Source of the DNA: Vulcanimicrobiota bacterium
Lineage (GTDB): Bacteria; Vulcanimicrobiota; Vulcanimicrobiia; Vulcanimicrobiales; Vulcanimicrobiaceae
NCBI GenBank assembly: GCA_963749395.1
Contig: CAVVMT010000019.1
Location: 5,934 to 69,933, forward strand
Direction: 5' to 3'
Length of the DNA: 64,000 nt
In this document: positions 34,047 through 43,518 of the stretch, piece by piece
How positions within the stretch are numbered: position 1 is the stretch's first letter
Layout of the letters: every line of letters begins with the position of its first letter
The notes under the pieces: generated by a model
Database searches by the model: none
What the model was told of the DNA's origin: nothing
Seen by the model: the letters and a program-made list of their open reading frames with translations, nothing else
Position numbers and translations under genes: made by a program

Positions 34047-35047
34047 CGACCGTCTCGCGCAAAACCGCCATGGCCTCCGCGGCCGTGTTCGCGACGATCA
34101 ACGTCGTGCGCGCGCCCGCGCAGGCAGCGCAGTTCCAGTACAAGATGGGGTCCAACGTCCCGATCGACGATCCGCGCAACACCGGCGCGGTGACGATGTG
34201 GAAGAACGTGTACGCGCAGTCGGGTGGCCGGCTCGACGTCAAGCTCTATCCCAATGCGATCCTCGGCGGCGACACGGCGATGCTCTCGCAGGTGCGCTCG
34301 GGCGCGCTCGAGTTCATGTCGATCTCCGCCGGCATCCTCGGGGTCGTGGTGCCCGTCAGCCAGATCGCCGACGTGCCGTTCGCGTGGAAGTCGGAGGCGG
34401 TGGCCCTGGGAGCGTTCGACGGCGCGCTCGGCGAGTACGTCCGCGGCGAAATCGCCGCCCGGGGTTTGGTCCCGATGCCGCGCATGCTCGACAGCGGGTT
34501 CCGCCAGGTGACGACCTCGACCAAAGCGATTCGCACCGCCGACGACCTGGCGGGGATCAAGATCCGGGTCCCCAATTCGAAGCTGTGGGTCGATCTGTTC
34601 CGCTCGCTCGGAGCCGTGCCGGCCGCGTTCGACGTGAACGAACTGTACACTGCGATGCAGACGAAAGCCGTCGACGGCGAAGAGAACACGTACCACGCGA
34701 TCGAGTCGCTCCACTTCTTCGAGGTGCAAAAGTACCTGAGCATCACGAACCACATCTGGGACGGGGTGTGGGTCGTCGCCAATCCGGAGGCTTGGAAAGC
34801 GCTCGACCCCGATCTGCAGAAGATCGTGCAGATCAACATGAACGCCTTTGCGCTCGCGCAGCGGCGCGAGAACCTGCTCTTCAACAACGCGGTGGCCGAC
34901 AAGCTCCAGCGGCAGGGTCTGCTCGTCAACACCGCCGACGCCGCCACGTTCCGAGCCAAGCTAGGCGGCTTCTATCCGCACTGGAAGTCGGAGTTCGGCT
35001 CGCAGGCGTGGGACCTCTTGGAGCGCTACGCCGGGCGTCTCGGTTAG
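34043..35047 (+). CDS. TRAP transporter substrate-binding protein (DctP family), no DctQM partner nearby
   Basis: Signal peptide, then DctP-like motifs: LGGDTAMLSQVRSGALEF, GIKIRVPNS, NELYTAMQTKAVDGEEN. ATGA overlap with the LeuD-like gene. Confidence 0.85.
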   Translation: MTTVSRKTAMASAAVFATINVVRAPAQAAQFQYKMGSNVPIDDPRNTGAVTMWKNVYAQSGGRLDVKLYPNAILGGDTAMLSQVRSGALEFMSISAGILGVVVPVSQIADVPFAWKSEAVALGAFDGALGEYVRGEIAARGLVPMPRMLDSGFRQVTTSTKAIRTADDLAGIKIRVPNSKLWVDLFRSLGAVPAAFDVNELYTAMQTKAVDGEENTYHAIESLHFFEVQKYLSITNHIWDGVWVVANPEAWKALDPDLQKIVQINMNAFALAQRRENLLFNNAVADKLQRQGLLVNTADAATFRAKLGGFYPHWKSEFGSQAWDLLERYAGRLG

Positions 35048-35051
35048 CTCT

Positions 35052-36095
35052 TCACACGGCGACGCCGGAAAGCTCGGCGCGCACGAGCTTCGTTCCGGCG
35101 ACGAGTGCCTGCAGCTTGCCGAACGCGACGTCGCGCGAGAGGTACTTCATGCCGCAATCGGTCGAAACGACCAGCCGCTCCGGCGGAACGGTCGTCAGCG
35201 CCGCGCGGATACGCTGCGCGACGAGGTCGGGGGTTTCGACCGCCGGATCGCCGAGGTCGATCACGCCGAGCATGACGGTCTTCGATCCCAACGCCGTCAA
35301 CACCGATGGATCGAGCCGCGGTTGGGCCGCTTCGATCGAGATCTGCGCCGCGGCGCAGCCCTGGAGCTCTTCGAGGAACGGGTAGCCGGGGAGGCGATGG
35401 TGCACGATGTGGGCGTAGCCGAAACACGTGTGCAAGACGGTCGGCCCCGCGACGTTCCGCAGCGCGCGATCGATCGCAGCCACGGCGAAGGCGCGTGCCT
35501 TTTCGCTGCGCGCTTGGAGGTACGGTTCGTCGATCTGCACGACGTCGCAGCCGGCGGCCTTGCAGTCCAGCAGTTCCTCGTTGATCGCGGCCGCGACGTC
35601 CATCGCAAATTCCGCTTCATCGGCGTAGTAGTCGTTCTGCGCCTGCTGCGTGACGGTGAACGGGCCGGGTACGGTGATCTTGATGCGGCGGTCCGTACTC
35701 TTGCGCAAGAACTCGACGTCGCGGACCTGCACGGCGTGCATGCGGCGAATCGGGCCGACGATGCGCGGGACCGGATTCGGATGGCCGGTGCGATCGATCG
35801 CCGTGCCCGGGTTGTCGAGATCGACCCCGGAGAGCGCGTTGGCGAAACGGTTGGAGTAGCTCTCGCGCCGGATCTCACCGTCGCTGACGATGTCGAGGCC
35901 GGCCCGTTCCATGTCGCGCAACGCGATCAGCGTCGCGTCGTCCTGAGCCTGTTCCAGGAACGGCTCGGCGACGCGCCAGATGTCGCGCACGCGGACGCGC
36001 GGCGGCAAACGTGATTTGAGGTTGTCGCGGTCGATGAGCCACTCCGGTTGCGGATAGCTTCCGACCAGCGTCGTCAGTAGGATTTCCTCCGGCAT
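35052..36095 (-). CDS. cobalamin-independent methionine synthase catalytic-domain family protein (MetE C-terminal-like)
   Basis: LLTTLVGSYPQPEWL and SDGEIRRESY, plus candidate zinc-ligand contexts VLHTCFGY and VSTDCGMK. 347 aa. Confidence 0.8.
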   Translation of the reverse strand: MPEEILLTTLVGSYPQPEWLIDRDNLKSRLPPRVRVRDIWRVAEPFLEQAQDDATLIALRDMERAGLDIVSDGEIRRESYSNRFANALSGVDLDNPGTAIDRTGHPNPVPRIVGPIRRMHAVQVRDVEFLRKSTDRRIKITVPGPFTVTQQAQNDYYADEAEFAMDVAAAINEELLDCKAAGCDVVQIDEPYLQARSEKARAFAVAAIDRALRNVAGPTVLHTCFGYAHIVHHRLPGYPFLEELQGCAAAQISIEAAQPRLDPSVLTALGSKTVMLGVIDLGDPAVETPDLVAQRIRAALTTVPPERLVVSTDCGMKYLSRDVAFGKLQALVAGTKLVRAELSGVAV

Positions 36096-36468
36096 GCGCG
36101 TCCCTCCGTCGTGCTCGCTTGCTCATCTTTTTAAGCACGTAGCACGCGCTTCCTCGCCGCCGGGGAGACGAGGGAGCAAACTTCCGCGACTCCCCCGACT
36201 GTGACGCGAGACACCATAATGCGCAATTTGGACAGTCGTATGACCGGCAGAATACCCAGCGCCGTAGCGCGGGTCCCTTGCGACATCAGGGATTCTTACT
36301 TCAATGGCAAAAAGTTCGGGTGCGCCGTAAATTGATGGGGGTGGCAATGGGCGTCGCACCGCTTGTAAGGGTTTACAGTCGTCGCTGCTCGAGGGGACCG
36401 AGCGCCCGCGACAACCGGGTTTGCTCGTGCCGGCGTGCGGATCGCAACGCAGCGGATCGGTTACCGTC

Positions 36469-38781
36469 ATGAGACCGAACGATTCTCCGAAGCCGCGTGG
36501 CTCGACGTTCTCGCCGGATGCGTTTCCCGACGGATTGCTCGTCGTCGACTCGCGGCTGGATCCCGTGTGCTGCAACGCGGCGTTCGCCGAAATGTGGAAC
36601 GTCGCGCAGGCCGACGTCACGACTGCGCCGGGGGACGCGCTCATCGACCGCCTCGCGGGCGCGGTCGTCGATTCGGCTGACTTTTCGGCGCGCGCGAAAT
36701 CGCTCCGGGAGCGGCCCGCGGGCCGCAGTCACGAGTCGCTGATCCTCAACGATGGCCGGGTCTTCGCATGGTTCTCCGAGCCGTTGACGACGAACCCGCA
36801 CGCGAAGGAAGCGCTTGCGGCATGGATCTTTCGCGACGTCACGACCGGCACCGGAGGGTTGCGCCACGTCATCGATGACGCCGAGGAGTTCCGCGCGATC
36901 GTCGATCAGAACGTCGCAGGCGTCTACGTGCTCGAACTCGACGGCACGATTGCGTACATCAACCCGACCTTTGCGCGGATGGCCGGTTACGAGCAAGCGG
37001 ATCTCATCGGCCGTTCCTTCGGAGAATTCGTTGCCGACGGCGATCGTCGCGAGGCGATGGCAAACTTTTCACGGTTGATCGCCGGCGAAATCCAGGCCGT
37101 GCCGCATACCGTCGCCTGCGTGGGCAAGGATGGGCGAACGATCACCGTGCTTTCGCAGGCAACGGTTGCGCGCCACCGCGGAAGGCCCGCCATCATCGGG
37201 GTCACCGTCGACGTGACGCAGTTGCAGCGGGCCGAGGAAGCCGTGCGCGCCAGTGAGGAGCGGCTGCGCGTGTTGCTCGAGAGCGCTCCCGACGCGATCC
37301 TGCTCTACGACGACCGCAAAGATCGATTCGTTGAAGCCAATCGGGCCGCCGAAGCGTTGTTCGAGTGCGGCCGCGACGAACTGCTCGAGCGCGGCGCGCG
37401 CGCCTTCTATTCCGCCATACAGCCGGGCGGAACCGACCTGGTGGCCAGCTTCCGGGAGCATACGGCTCGAGCCCTGGCTGGTGAACCGGTCAAGTTCGAG
37501 CGCCGCATCACCACGGCCAAGGGCAACGAACGGCTCATCGAAGTGCAACTGGCGCTGTTGCCGACCGCTGACGGGTTCGTCATCCGCAGTAGTTTCCTCG
37601 ATGTCACGAAGTCGAGACAAACCGAAGTCGCGCTACGACGCTTCAATCGCGCGCTCGCAACCCTCAGTGCATCGAATGCGGCTCTGGTGCGAGCGACGAG
37701 CGAACGCGACCTGCTGCAAGCGATGTGCGAAGTCGCGGTCGGCGTCGGGGGGTATCGCATGGCGTGGATCGGGTTTGCGGAACACGACGCCGCTAAGACG
37801 GTGCGGCCGGCGGCGATGGCCGGCCACGGTACCGACTTCCTGAAAAACGCCGACATTCGCTGGGCGGACACGGGGCGCGGGCAAGGGCCGGCCGGGCGCG
37901 CGATCCGCACCCGCACGCTGATCGTCAACCGGAATTACGAGGACAATCCAGCCGTCGCTCCGTGGCGGGACGAAGCGACGAAACGCGGCTTCCGATCGAG
38001 CGTTGCGGTGCCGCTATTGGACGACGGCGCCGCGTTCGGGGCGTTCGCGCTCTATTCGGGCGAGGCCGATGCGTTCGACGACGACGAGGTGACCTTGCTG
38101 GCCGAACTCGGCGCCGACATCTCGTACGGGATCGTCGCACTGCGCGACCGCGCGGCCCGCGACGCCGCGCAGATCCGGTTGCGCGACAGCATGCGCGAGA
38201 CGGTCGCGTCGCTGGCGGGAATGATCGAGTTGCGCGATCCGTATACGGCCGGCCACCAGCGCAACGTTTCGAGCCTCGCGGTCGCGATCGCTCGGCAAAT
38301 GGCGCTGCCCGAAACCGAAATCGGCGGCGTCGCCGTCGCCGGGCTCGTGCTCGACATCGGGAAGATCCAGACTCCGGCAGAGTTTCTGAGCAAGCCGGGA
38401 CGATTGACCCCGACAGAATTCGCCACGATCCAAATGCATCCGCAAGCCGGCTACGACATCCTCAAGCGCATCCGCTTTCCGTGGCCCGTCGCCGAGATGG
38501 TGCTGCAGCATCACGAACGGCTCGACGGTTCGGGATATCCCAACGAATTGCATGCGCCCGACATTTTGCTCGGGGCGAAGATCCTGGCGGTCGCCGACGT
38601 CGTCGAAGCGATGACGTTCCATCGCCCGTACCGGCCGGCTTACGGCATCGAGAGCGCGCTGGCGGAAATCGCGGCGGGGAAAGGCCGGCTCTACGAGCGC
38701 AGCGCGGTCGAGGCGTGCGAGAAGGTGTTCGAAGACGGCTTCGCGTTTCCGCCGCCCGAGGGTGACCGGCCGCGCACCTGA
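36469..38781 (+). CDS. PAS x3 - GAF - HD-GYP signalling protein (putative c-di-GMP phosphodiesterase)
   Basis: PAS-like repeats, a GAF-like region, then [12 protein letters not shown] and [11 protein letters not shown]. The start is uncertain (TTG 36421 or ATG 36469). Confidence 0.85.
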   Translation: MRPNDSPKPRGSTFSPDAFPDGLLVVDSRLDPVCCNAAFAEMWNVAQADVTTAPGDALIDRLAGAVVDSADFSARAKSLRERPAGRSHESLILNDGRVFAWFSEPLTTNPHAKEALAAWIFRDVTTGTGGLRHVIDDAEEFRAIVDQNVAGVYVLELDGTIAYINPTFARMAGYEQADLIGRSFGEFVADGDRREAMANFSRLIAGEIQAVPHTVACVGKDGRTITVLSQATVARHRGRPAIIGVTVDVTQLQRAEEAVRASEERLRVLLESAPDAILLYDDRKDRFVEANRAAEALFECGRDELLERGARAFYSAIQPGGTDLVASFREHTARALAGEPVKFERRITTAKGNERLIEVQLALLPTADGFVIRSSFLDVTKSRQTEVALRRFNRALATLSASNAALVRATSERDLLQAMCEVAVGVGGYRMAWIGFAEHDAAKTVRPAAMAGHGTDFLKNADIRWADTGRGQGPAGRAIRTRTLIVNRNYEDNPAVAPWRDEATKRGFRSSVAVPLLDDGAAFGAFALYSGEADAFDDDEVTLLAELGADISYGIVALRDRAARDAAQIRLRDSMRETVASLAGMIELRDPYTAGHQRNVSSLAVAIARQMALPETEIGGVAVAGLVLDIGKIQTPAEFLSKPGRLTPTEFATIQMHPQAGYDILKRIRFPWPVAEMVLQHHERLDGSGYPNELHAPDILLGAKILAVADVVEAMTFHRPYRPAYGIESALAEIAAGKGRLYERSAVEACEKVFEDGFAFPPPEGDRPRT

Positions 38782-38808
38782 AGACGGTCGCAGCGGTTCG
38801 GGCGCCGT

Positions 38809-39584
38809 TCAGCCGCGACCGACGAACGGCATCTTCGTAGCCATGATCGTGATGAACTGAACGTTTGCCCCGGAGGCAGCGTCGCCATGAAGACGACCGC
38901 GCGCGCAGCCTCGTTGACGTCCATCACCGGTTCGACCGCGAGCACGCCGGACGGCTGCGGGACGCCTTGGCGCATCCTCTCGGTCATCGTCGTCGCGGCG
39001 TTGCCGATGTCGATCTGGCCGCACGCGATGTCGTACGGCCGGCCGTCGAGCGCGATCGACTTCGTGAGCCCGGTGATCGCATGTTTCGTCGCCGTGTACG
39101 GCGCCGAGCCGGGCCGCGGCACGTGGGCCGAGATGGAACCGTTGTTGATGATCCGTCCGCCTTGCGGAGTTTGCCGCCGCATGATGCCGAACGCGGCCCG
39201 GGCGCAGTGGAAGGCTCCGGTCAGGTTGACGCTGACCGCCGCGGCCCACTCCTCCGGCGCGATCTCGTCGATCGGGGCGCTCCGCGACGAGATGCCGGCA
39301 TTGTTGAAAAGGACGTCGACGCGGCCGAACGCCTCCGTTGCGCGCGCGAAGAGTTCGTCCACGGCGAGCGCGTTGCCGACGTCGGCCGGCACCGCGAGGC
39401 CCGGGCCCGCCAGCGCGGCGGCAGTCTCTTGAAGCGGTTCGAGGCGTCTGCCGGCCAGCACGAGGGAGAAGCCCGCTTCAGAGAGGGCGACCGCCGATGC
39501 GCGGCCGATGCCGCTTCCTGCGCCGGTCACCACCGCGACCCGGCGGGGAGCGTTTTCCTTGCAGTCGTTCGTGTTCAATGGCAA
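38809..39584 (-). pseudogene. SDR family oxidoreductase with apparent 1-nt deletion in a G4 run (plus-strand CCCC 38868-38871)
   Basis: [24 protein letters not shown]. After MATLPPG the conserved tail [20 protein letters not shown] sits in another frame and ends at 38809. The TTG start (39584 or 39578) is uncertain. Confidence 0.75.
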
Positions 39585-39615
39585 GACCTGCGGGCGTGAG
39601 GTATGCGCGAGCGCG

Positions 39616-40287
39616 TCAGTAGATGAGCTTGGCTTCGGCGACGACCGTTCCATCCCGGGTCAACTCGACCGATTGCGGCCGTCCGGGAGGCCGCACGAAG
39701 AGGCTGGCCGTCTCACGGTTGACGACCGCGCTTCCCGCCTCCCACGGTTTGCCGTCGATCGTCGCGCTCACGGCGAGTTCTCCGCTCGCGCCGTCGACCA
39801 CGACGTAGATCCAGCTCCCGTCGCGAGCGTAGAGCACCTTGGCGGCGAGCGTTCCCCCCGCGGCGGTCGTCGTCATCGGGACGTGGCTGAAGTGGCTGTG
39901 CACCAGCATCGCGACCGCCACGTCGTTCGCCTGCAACTTCCCGTGCATGACGCTGCTCTGATACCACCCCGCGCCGAGCGCGAGCACGAGTGCGGCGGCC
40001 ACGGCGAGCCCGGCAAACCATCGTGGACTGCGCGCGGAGGGCCGGCGCAGCGGCGTGACCGGCGAGTTCGCCGGCGTCGTGGCCGCTCGCAACCGTTCGC
40101 CGAGCGCGCGCGACGGCGTCAGCTCGGGTAATGCGGCGGCGAGCAGTGCTGCGGTCTCTTCCGCTTCGCCCAGCGCGCGCAAGCAATCGTCGCAGGCGGC
40201 GGCGTGCGCGTCGACCTCAGCGCGCCGCTCGGCATCGAGCAGGCCGAGCGCGTACAGTTCGGCATCCTCGCCGACGTGCGCGCTCAT
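39616..40287 (-). CDS. anti-sigma factor (zf-HC2 / RskA-like)
   Basis: [12 protein letters not shown], a TM helix ([19 protein letters not shown]) and an extracytoplasmic C-domain. The start overlaps the sigma stop. Confidence 0.75.
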   Translation of the reverse strand: MSAHVGEDAELYALGLLDAERRAEVDAHAAACDDCLRALGEAEETAALLAAALPELTPSRALGERLRAATTPANSPVTPLRRPSARSPRWFAGLAVAAALVLALGAGWYQSSVMHGKLQANDVAVAMLVHSHFSHVPMTTTAAGGTLAAKVLYARDGSWIYVVVDGASGELAVSATIDGKPWEAGSAVVNRETASLFVRPPGRPQSVELTRDGTVVAEAKLIY

Positions 40288-40823
40288 GCGCCCGCTCCCG
40301 CGAGCTCGGCGTGGAGCTTGCGCATGCCGAGCGCGACGCGGCTCTTCACCGTCCCGAGCGGCAACCCGAAGCGTTCGGCGATTTGCGCGTGCGACAGATT
40401 TTCAAAATAGGCGTGTACGATCGCCTCGCGTTGTTCGTGCGGCAAGCGCGCGAGGGCGGCGCGCACGCGGCGCGCGTCGATCGGATCGGCCGCCTCGATC
40501 GTTTCGACCGCCGCCGGTTCGAGCAGGTAGGCGCGCCGCTCGCGCTCGACGCGACGGCCGCTGCTGCGCAGGCGGTTCATCGCTTCGTTACGGACGCAGG
40601 AGACCAAGAACGCGCGCAGCGATCCGCGTTCGGGCCGGTATGAATCGGGCGTCTGCCAAACGCGCAGCAGCGCGTCGTGCACGCAGTCCTCGGCGGCGGC
40701 TTCGCCCAGGACGTGACCGGCGACGCTCACGAGGATCCGCGCGTTCCGTTCGTACGCGCGGGCCAGTGCGTCGGGCCGGCGGGCGACGAAGTCCGCGGCG
40801 AGCGCGTCATCGTCCGCGGGCAT
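40284..40823 (-). CDS. ECF-type sigma-70 family factor
   Basis: Start at MPADDD (ATG 40823). Region 2 (VHDALLRVWQ, LRAFLVSCVRNEAMNRLR) and region 4 (LSHAQIAERFGLPLGTVKSRVALGMRKL). Confidence 0.85.
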   Translation of the reverse strand: MPADDDALAADFVARRPDALARAYERNARILVSVAGHVLGEAAAEDCVHDALLRVWQTPDSYRPERGSLRAFLVSCVRNEAMNRLRSSGRRVERERRAYLLEPAAVETIEAADPIDARRVRAALARLPHEQREAIVHAYFENLSHAQIAERFGLPLGTVKSRVALGMRKLHAELAGAGA

Positions 40824-40876
40824 CGACGGATCGTTCCATGTTCGCACTCCTCTCGACTCCAGCGCATGGTCCTCCT

Positions 40877-41242
40877 CTAGTTCTTGGGGATGGCCGGCAG
40901 GACGACGACGACCGCCTTCATCCACGGATGTAAGGCGCAGAAGTATGCGTAGGTGCCGGGCTTGGTGAACGTGCGGGTGAACGTGGCGCCGGTGTCCATG
41001 CCGCCCGAGTCGTAGCTCTTGTCGGCGGCGGTCACGGTGTGCGCGTCGTCGTCGTCGTTGACGAACAGGACGGTGTCGCCGGTGTGAACGGTGACCTTGT
41101 TCTCGTGATAGGCGAAATTCTTGATGTGGACGGTCGCGACCGGTTTGGCGGTCGCGGGCGAAGGGGCCGGCTCGGCGGCCCCGGCCGGGCCGCTCCACGC
41201 GAGAGCGGCCCAGAGGGCGAGGGAGAGATGGGTGATCTTCAT
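40877..41242 (-). CDS. secreted cupredoxin (amicyanin/pseudoazurin-like type 1 copper protein)
   Basis: Signal peptide MKITHLSLALWAALAWSGPAGA. Copper ligand pattern H (DDAHTV) and C-x2-H-x2-M (FCALHPWM). Confidence 0.8.
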   Translation of the reverse strand: MKITHLSLALWAALAWSGPAGAAEPAPSPATAKPVATVHIKNFAYHENKVTVHTGDTVLFVNDDDDAHTVTAADKSYDSGGMDTGATFTRTFTKPGTYAYFCALHPWMKAVVVVLPAIPKN

Positions 41243-41280
41243 GCTCTCACTACGCCGCCGCAGAGCCGGCCGGATCACTC

Positions 41281-41607
41281 CTACGGCGTAGCATCCGGGA
41301 TGTGGAACTGCGCGCGGTAAGCGGCCTCGCGGGCTTGCTCCTGCTGCCCGACCGTCAGCGGCATGGGAGCGGCGGTTGCACCGGGTTGCGCGAGCGCGAC
41401 AGGCGGCGCCGCGACGTTGCCGATCAAGCGGAATTCGTGCGCTTTTCCGTCGACCGGGAGCAACGTGGCGAGCGTGCGTCCCGTGGTCTGATCGACGATC
41501 AGGAAGTGATTGGCTACGGGAGCGGTGTCGGTTTGCGTCATGGCCGATGCACGCAGCGGCGCCGCGAGGGCTGCGCCGAGACCGAGTGCGAGAACGAGGG
41601 TTTTCAT
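41281..41607 (-). CDS. small secreted hypothetical protein
   Basis: Signal peptide MKTLVLALGLGAALAAPLRASA. 108 aa with no recognisable domain. First gene of the cupredoxin-sigma operon. Confidence 0.5.
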   Translation of the reverse strand: MKTLVLALGLGAALAAPLRASAMTQTDTAPVANHFLIVDQTTGRTLATLLPVDGKAHEFRLIGNVAAPPVALAQPGATAAPMPLTVGQQEQAREAAYRAQFHIPDATP

Positions 41608-41867
41608 GATGTCCTTTCGTGATGCGAGCGATGTGCTCTGCCTTGTCTATGCCGCCGCCCCCGGGGCCGGATGACCGCCCCGACAGGTATACGGGAAAGT
41701 CTACCGCGGCGGCGGCACCCGCTGTCGCCGCCGCGACCCCGGAGTTGCGCGAAGGGACCGCGGCCTTTCTCGAAAAGCGTTCCGTGCGCCGACGTGCGCC
41801 GGAGTTCGCGCGCCGAGTAGCCATCGAACGACAGGGAATCCATGCGCGCGTTTGCAATGCCGCAACG

Positions 41868-42611
41868 GTGCAGATTAGCGCCGCGCCGCGGCTCGACGGA
41901 CAGATAGCACTCATCACCGGCGCGTGCGGCGCGATCGGCGGCGCCACCGCCGCACTGTTCGCTGATGCTGGGGCGACCGTCGTGGCCACCGACATCGTCG
42001 GCCCGTCGCGCCCGTTCGCCGATCCGGGCACGATGTACCGGCGTTACGACGTACGCTCGCGGAGCGAGACCGACGCGTTGGTCGGCGAACTGATCGCAGC
42101 GCACGGGCGCATCGACGTGCTCGTGCTGTGCGCCGGCGTCGTTTCCGGGACGCCGCTCGAGACGGTGACCGACGAAGAGTGGGACGCGATCGACAGCGCC
42201 AACGTGCGCGGCGTGCTCAATCCGCTGCGCGCGATCTATCCGCACATGGTCGCGCAAAAGTACGGCAAGATCGTCGCGCTCGGTTCGATCGCGGCCAAGA
42301 TCGGCGGGTTCACCGCCGGGCCGGCGTACGTGGCCGCAAAGTCGGCGGTGCACGGGATCGTCAAGTGGGTCGCCAAGAACGGCGCCCGGCACGGCGTCTA
42401 TGCGAACGTCGTCGCACCGGGTCCGGTCGAAACGCCGATGTTCGAATCGGTGGCCGCCGGCAACAAGCCCAGCGCCGCGGCGACGATTCCGCTCGGGCGC
42501 TACGGCGTGCCCGCCGACATCGCGCAAGCGATTCTGTTTCTCGCATCGCCGCAATCACATTGGATCACGGGCGCCGTGCTCGATGTGAACGGCGGCATGT
42601 TGATGGACTGA
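41868..42611 (+). CDS. SDR family oxidoreductase (FabG-like)
   Basis: ALITGACGAIGGA, YVAAKSA, VVAPGPVETPM. The start is uncertain (in-frame GTG 41784 or 41868). The upstream in-frame stretch holds a crotonase C-terminal relic. Confidence 0.75.
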   Translation: MQISAAPRLDGQIALITGACGAIGGATAALFADAGATVVATDIVGPSRPFADPGTMYRRYDVRSRSETDALVGELIAAHGRIDVLVLCAGVVSGTPLETVTDEEWDAIDSANVRGVLNPLRAIYPHMVAQKYGKIVALGSIAAKIGGFTAGPAYVAAKSAVHGIVKWVAKNGARHGVYANVVAPGPVETPMFESVAAGNKPSAAATIPLGRYGVPADIAQAILFLASPQSHWITGAVLDVNGGMLMD

Positions 42612-42624
42612 GGAGGGCACCCCG

Positions 42625-43518
42625 ATGGCTGGAAAAGTAGGATTCATCGGCTTGGGCGTGATGGGCGGGCCGATGTGCCGCAATCTCGCCACGAAGTCGG
42701 GCCGGACGGTCGTCGGCTTCGATCTGCGGCCCGAAGCGATCGCCGCGCTCGCCGATGCGGGCGTCGAGGCGGCGACCTCGATCGCCGACGTCATGCGGCA
42801 GTGCGACATCGTCTTTCTCTCGTTGCCCGGCGAACGCGAGGTGCGGGCGGTGTGCACCGGTCCCGACGGCGCGTTCGCCCACGCGCGCCCCGGCACGACG
42901 GTCGTCGACACGAGCACGACGCTCGTCTCGACGACCCGTCAAGTCGGCGCCCGGGCGCTCGAACTCGGGATCGATTACCTCGACTCGCCGGTCACCCGCA
43001 CGCGTGAAGCCGCTGTCGCCGGAACGCTCAGCATCATGGTCGGCGGCTCGCAGGCCGGCTTCGAACGCATCGAGCCGCTGCTGCGCTGCATGGGGACCGA
43101 CGTGACGCATTGCGGCGCGATCGGCAGCGGCGAAGTGTGTAAGATCCTCAACAACATGCTCAACATCATGAACAATTTGGCCGTGGCCGAGGCGCTGACG
43201 ATCGGCCGCAGCGCCGGCGTCGACGACAAGCTGCTGCTCGAAACGATTTCGAAAGGCTCGGGCGACAGCTTCGTGCTGCGTCAGCACGGCATGAAGTTCA
43301 TGCTGCCGCGCCACTTCCCGGAGAAAGCCTTTCCCACGACGTACGCCCTCAAAGACCTCGGTTACGCGCTCGCGCTCGCCGAGGACAACGGCATCGACGT
43401 GCAGGCCCTCAAGCTCGCGATCCGCCGCTACGAAGAGAGCAAAGCCGCCGGCAACGCCGACACGTATTTCCCCGCCGTCATCCGCCTCATCGACGGCACG
43501 CAGCCGGTCAAGGCCTAA
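42625..43518 (+). CDS. NAD(P)-dependent 3-hydroxyisobutyrate-dehydrogenase-family oxidoreductase
   Basis: VGFIGLGVMGGPMCRNL, DSPVTRT, KILNNM. Confidence 0.85.
   Translation: MAGKVGFIGLGVMGGPMCRNLATKSGRTVVGFDLRPEAIAALADAGVEAATSIADVMRQCDIVFLSLPGEREVRAVCTGPDGAFAHARPGTTVVDTSTTLVSTTRQVGARALELGIDYLDSPVTRTREAAVAGTLSIMVGGSQAGFERIEPLLRCMGTDVTHCGAIGSGEVCKILNNMLNIMNNLAVAEALTIGRSAGVDDKLLLETISKGSGDSFVLRQHGMKFMLPRHFPEKAFPTTYALKDLGYALALAEDNGIDVQALKLAIRRYEESKAAGNADTYFPAVIRLIDGTQPVKA

Noticed and set aside
36096-36420. A cobalamin or SAM riboswitch upstream of the MetE-like gene.
   Set aside because: I could not find the B12 box (GCCACTG context) or the S-box core by eye. The region is reported only as an unassigned structured leader, not as a riboswitch feature.
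38241-38246. A GTATAC hexamer (GTATACGGCC) inside the HD-GYP gene, considered as an additional regulator site.
   Set aside because: It lies in the codons for the conserved DPYTAGH motif, so its presence is explained by coding constraint.
41619-41867. An N-terminal 83-aa extension of the SDR (track start 41619).
   Set aside because: The extension would overlap the promoter region of the divergent gene. Apart from a crotonase-tail relic it is Pro/Ala-rich. The SDR Rossmann motif begins about 10 residues after GTG 41868.
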